36,867 nt of DNA from an uncultured bacterium. GTDB lineage: Bacteria > Patescibacteriota > Minisyncoccia > Phycocordibacterales > Phycocordibacteraceae. Positions within the stretch are counted from its first letter, which is position 1, and each line of letters starts with the position of its first letter. Positions 36,335 through 36,867 of this stretch are shown here, one piece after another. Location: assembly GCA_963759775.1 (NCBI GenBank), contig CAVXAH010000002.1:1-36867 (forward strand), in the 5' to 3' direction. The notes below the pieces were generated by a model. The model was not told the DNA's origin and did no database searches. It saw only the letters and a list, made by a program, of their open reading frames with translations. A program made the translations under genes and the position numbers.

Positions 36335-36641
36335 ACCCTGGGGTACAAGTTCGAATTACGCCGCTAGATAATCTCGCAATCGTTTTGCTAAAAAGCGGCT
36401 GCCGTCGGGAGTTTTCATATACCCTTCGCGTCGTTTTGCATCAGCATAGGACAAACATGCCTCGTAGTATATAAGAGAAAACGGTCGCCGCGGAGCAGTC
36501 GAAATATTTTTACCGTTGTGATGTTCAAGAAAACGCCGACGTAAATCGATGGTGAGTCCGATATACCTTTTACCGTCTCGTTTGCTCACTAAAACGTAAA
36601 TATAGTGAAAGCGGTTTCGATTCGAACTTGTCCCACGGGGC
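36335..36641. mobile_element. TIR-bounded GIY-YIG cassette inserted at the dprA start codon
   Basis: Ends ACCCTGGGGTACAAGTTCGAAT and (reverse complement) GCCCCGTGGGACAAGTTCGAAT; AT flanks on both sides. Confidence 0.6.
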
Positions 36642-36643
36642 AT
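36356..36643 (-). CDS. Small GIY-YIG nuclease
   Basis: YIYVLVS...YIGLTIDLRRRFLEHHNG...TAPRRP..LIYYE...AKRREGYMK. Confidence 0.9.
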   Translation of the reverse strand: MPRGTSSNRNRFHYIYVLVSKRDGKRYIGLTIDLRRRFLEHHNGKNISTAPRRPFSLIYYEACLSYADAKRREGYMKTPDGSRFLAKRLRDYLAA

Positions 36644-36659
36644 GCTAAGATTTTATATC

Positions 36660-36867
36660 ATGTTAGACATCCACTTCATCCGCGAGCATGCGGACATCGT
36701 CAAAGCAGGAGCGACAAAGAAGCACATCAAGGTTGATATAGACCGCCTGCTTGTTGTTGATGATGAGCGCAAGTTACTTCGCCAGGAATTGGATGCGAAG
36801 CGCATGGAGCAGAACCGCCGGGGAAATGAAATCCAGCGCGCGGAGGGCGAAGAGAAAGAGAAACTGC
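36660..36867 (+). CDS. serS: Seryl-tRNA synthetase, 5' part (runs off the window)
   Basis: MLDIHFIREHADIVKAGATKKHIKVDIDRLLVVDDERK is a typical SerRS N-terminal coil. Confidence 0.88.
   Translation, partial: MLDIHFIREHADIVKAGATKKHIKVDIDRLLVVDDERKLLRQELDAKRMEQNRRGNEIQRAEGEEKEKL

Overview
A ~37-kb bacterial chromosomal window in the standard genetic code (tRNA-Trp has anticodon CCA). The compact housekeeping genes, short IF2, tandem TrbC/VirB2-like pilins and many leaderless starts suggest Patescibacteria/CPR (Parcubacteria-like); this is an inference. Core genes: rpsA, gyrA, alr, rbfA, infB, a cysteine desulfurase, clpB, rpmG, miaA, ahpC, parB, rel, topA, dprA, serS and six tRNAs. The most unusual feature is a 5.36-kb large-serine-recombinase (LSR) element (13490-18848) integrated at the CCA end of tRNA-Leu(TAA) with a GGTAC direct repeat. 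It carries a near-perfect 242-bp INVERTED copy of its own reconstituted attP junction internally (15920-16161), so the excised circle would have two inverted attP sites separating two unique regions. The recombinase ORF runs across the crossover, so its C-terminal tail depends on the recombination state. The element also has a ~310-nt highly folded segment, a perfect 49-bp palindrome, a DUF3800 gene with a convergent candidate ~70-nt ncRNA, and a frameshifted protease gene. Elsewhere: a GIY-YIG gene enclosed by inverted repeats at the dprA start codon, several MITE-like palindromic elements, a pilin array with variable Cys-rich inserts, a pilin fused to a Zn-peptidase-like domain, and four self-contained TTGACA/SD/terminator cassettes. 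All alignments and coordinates were read by eye; no searches were run.
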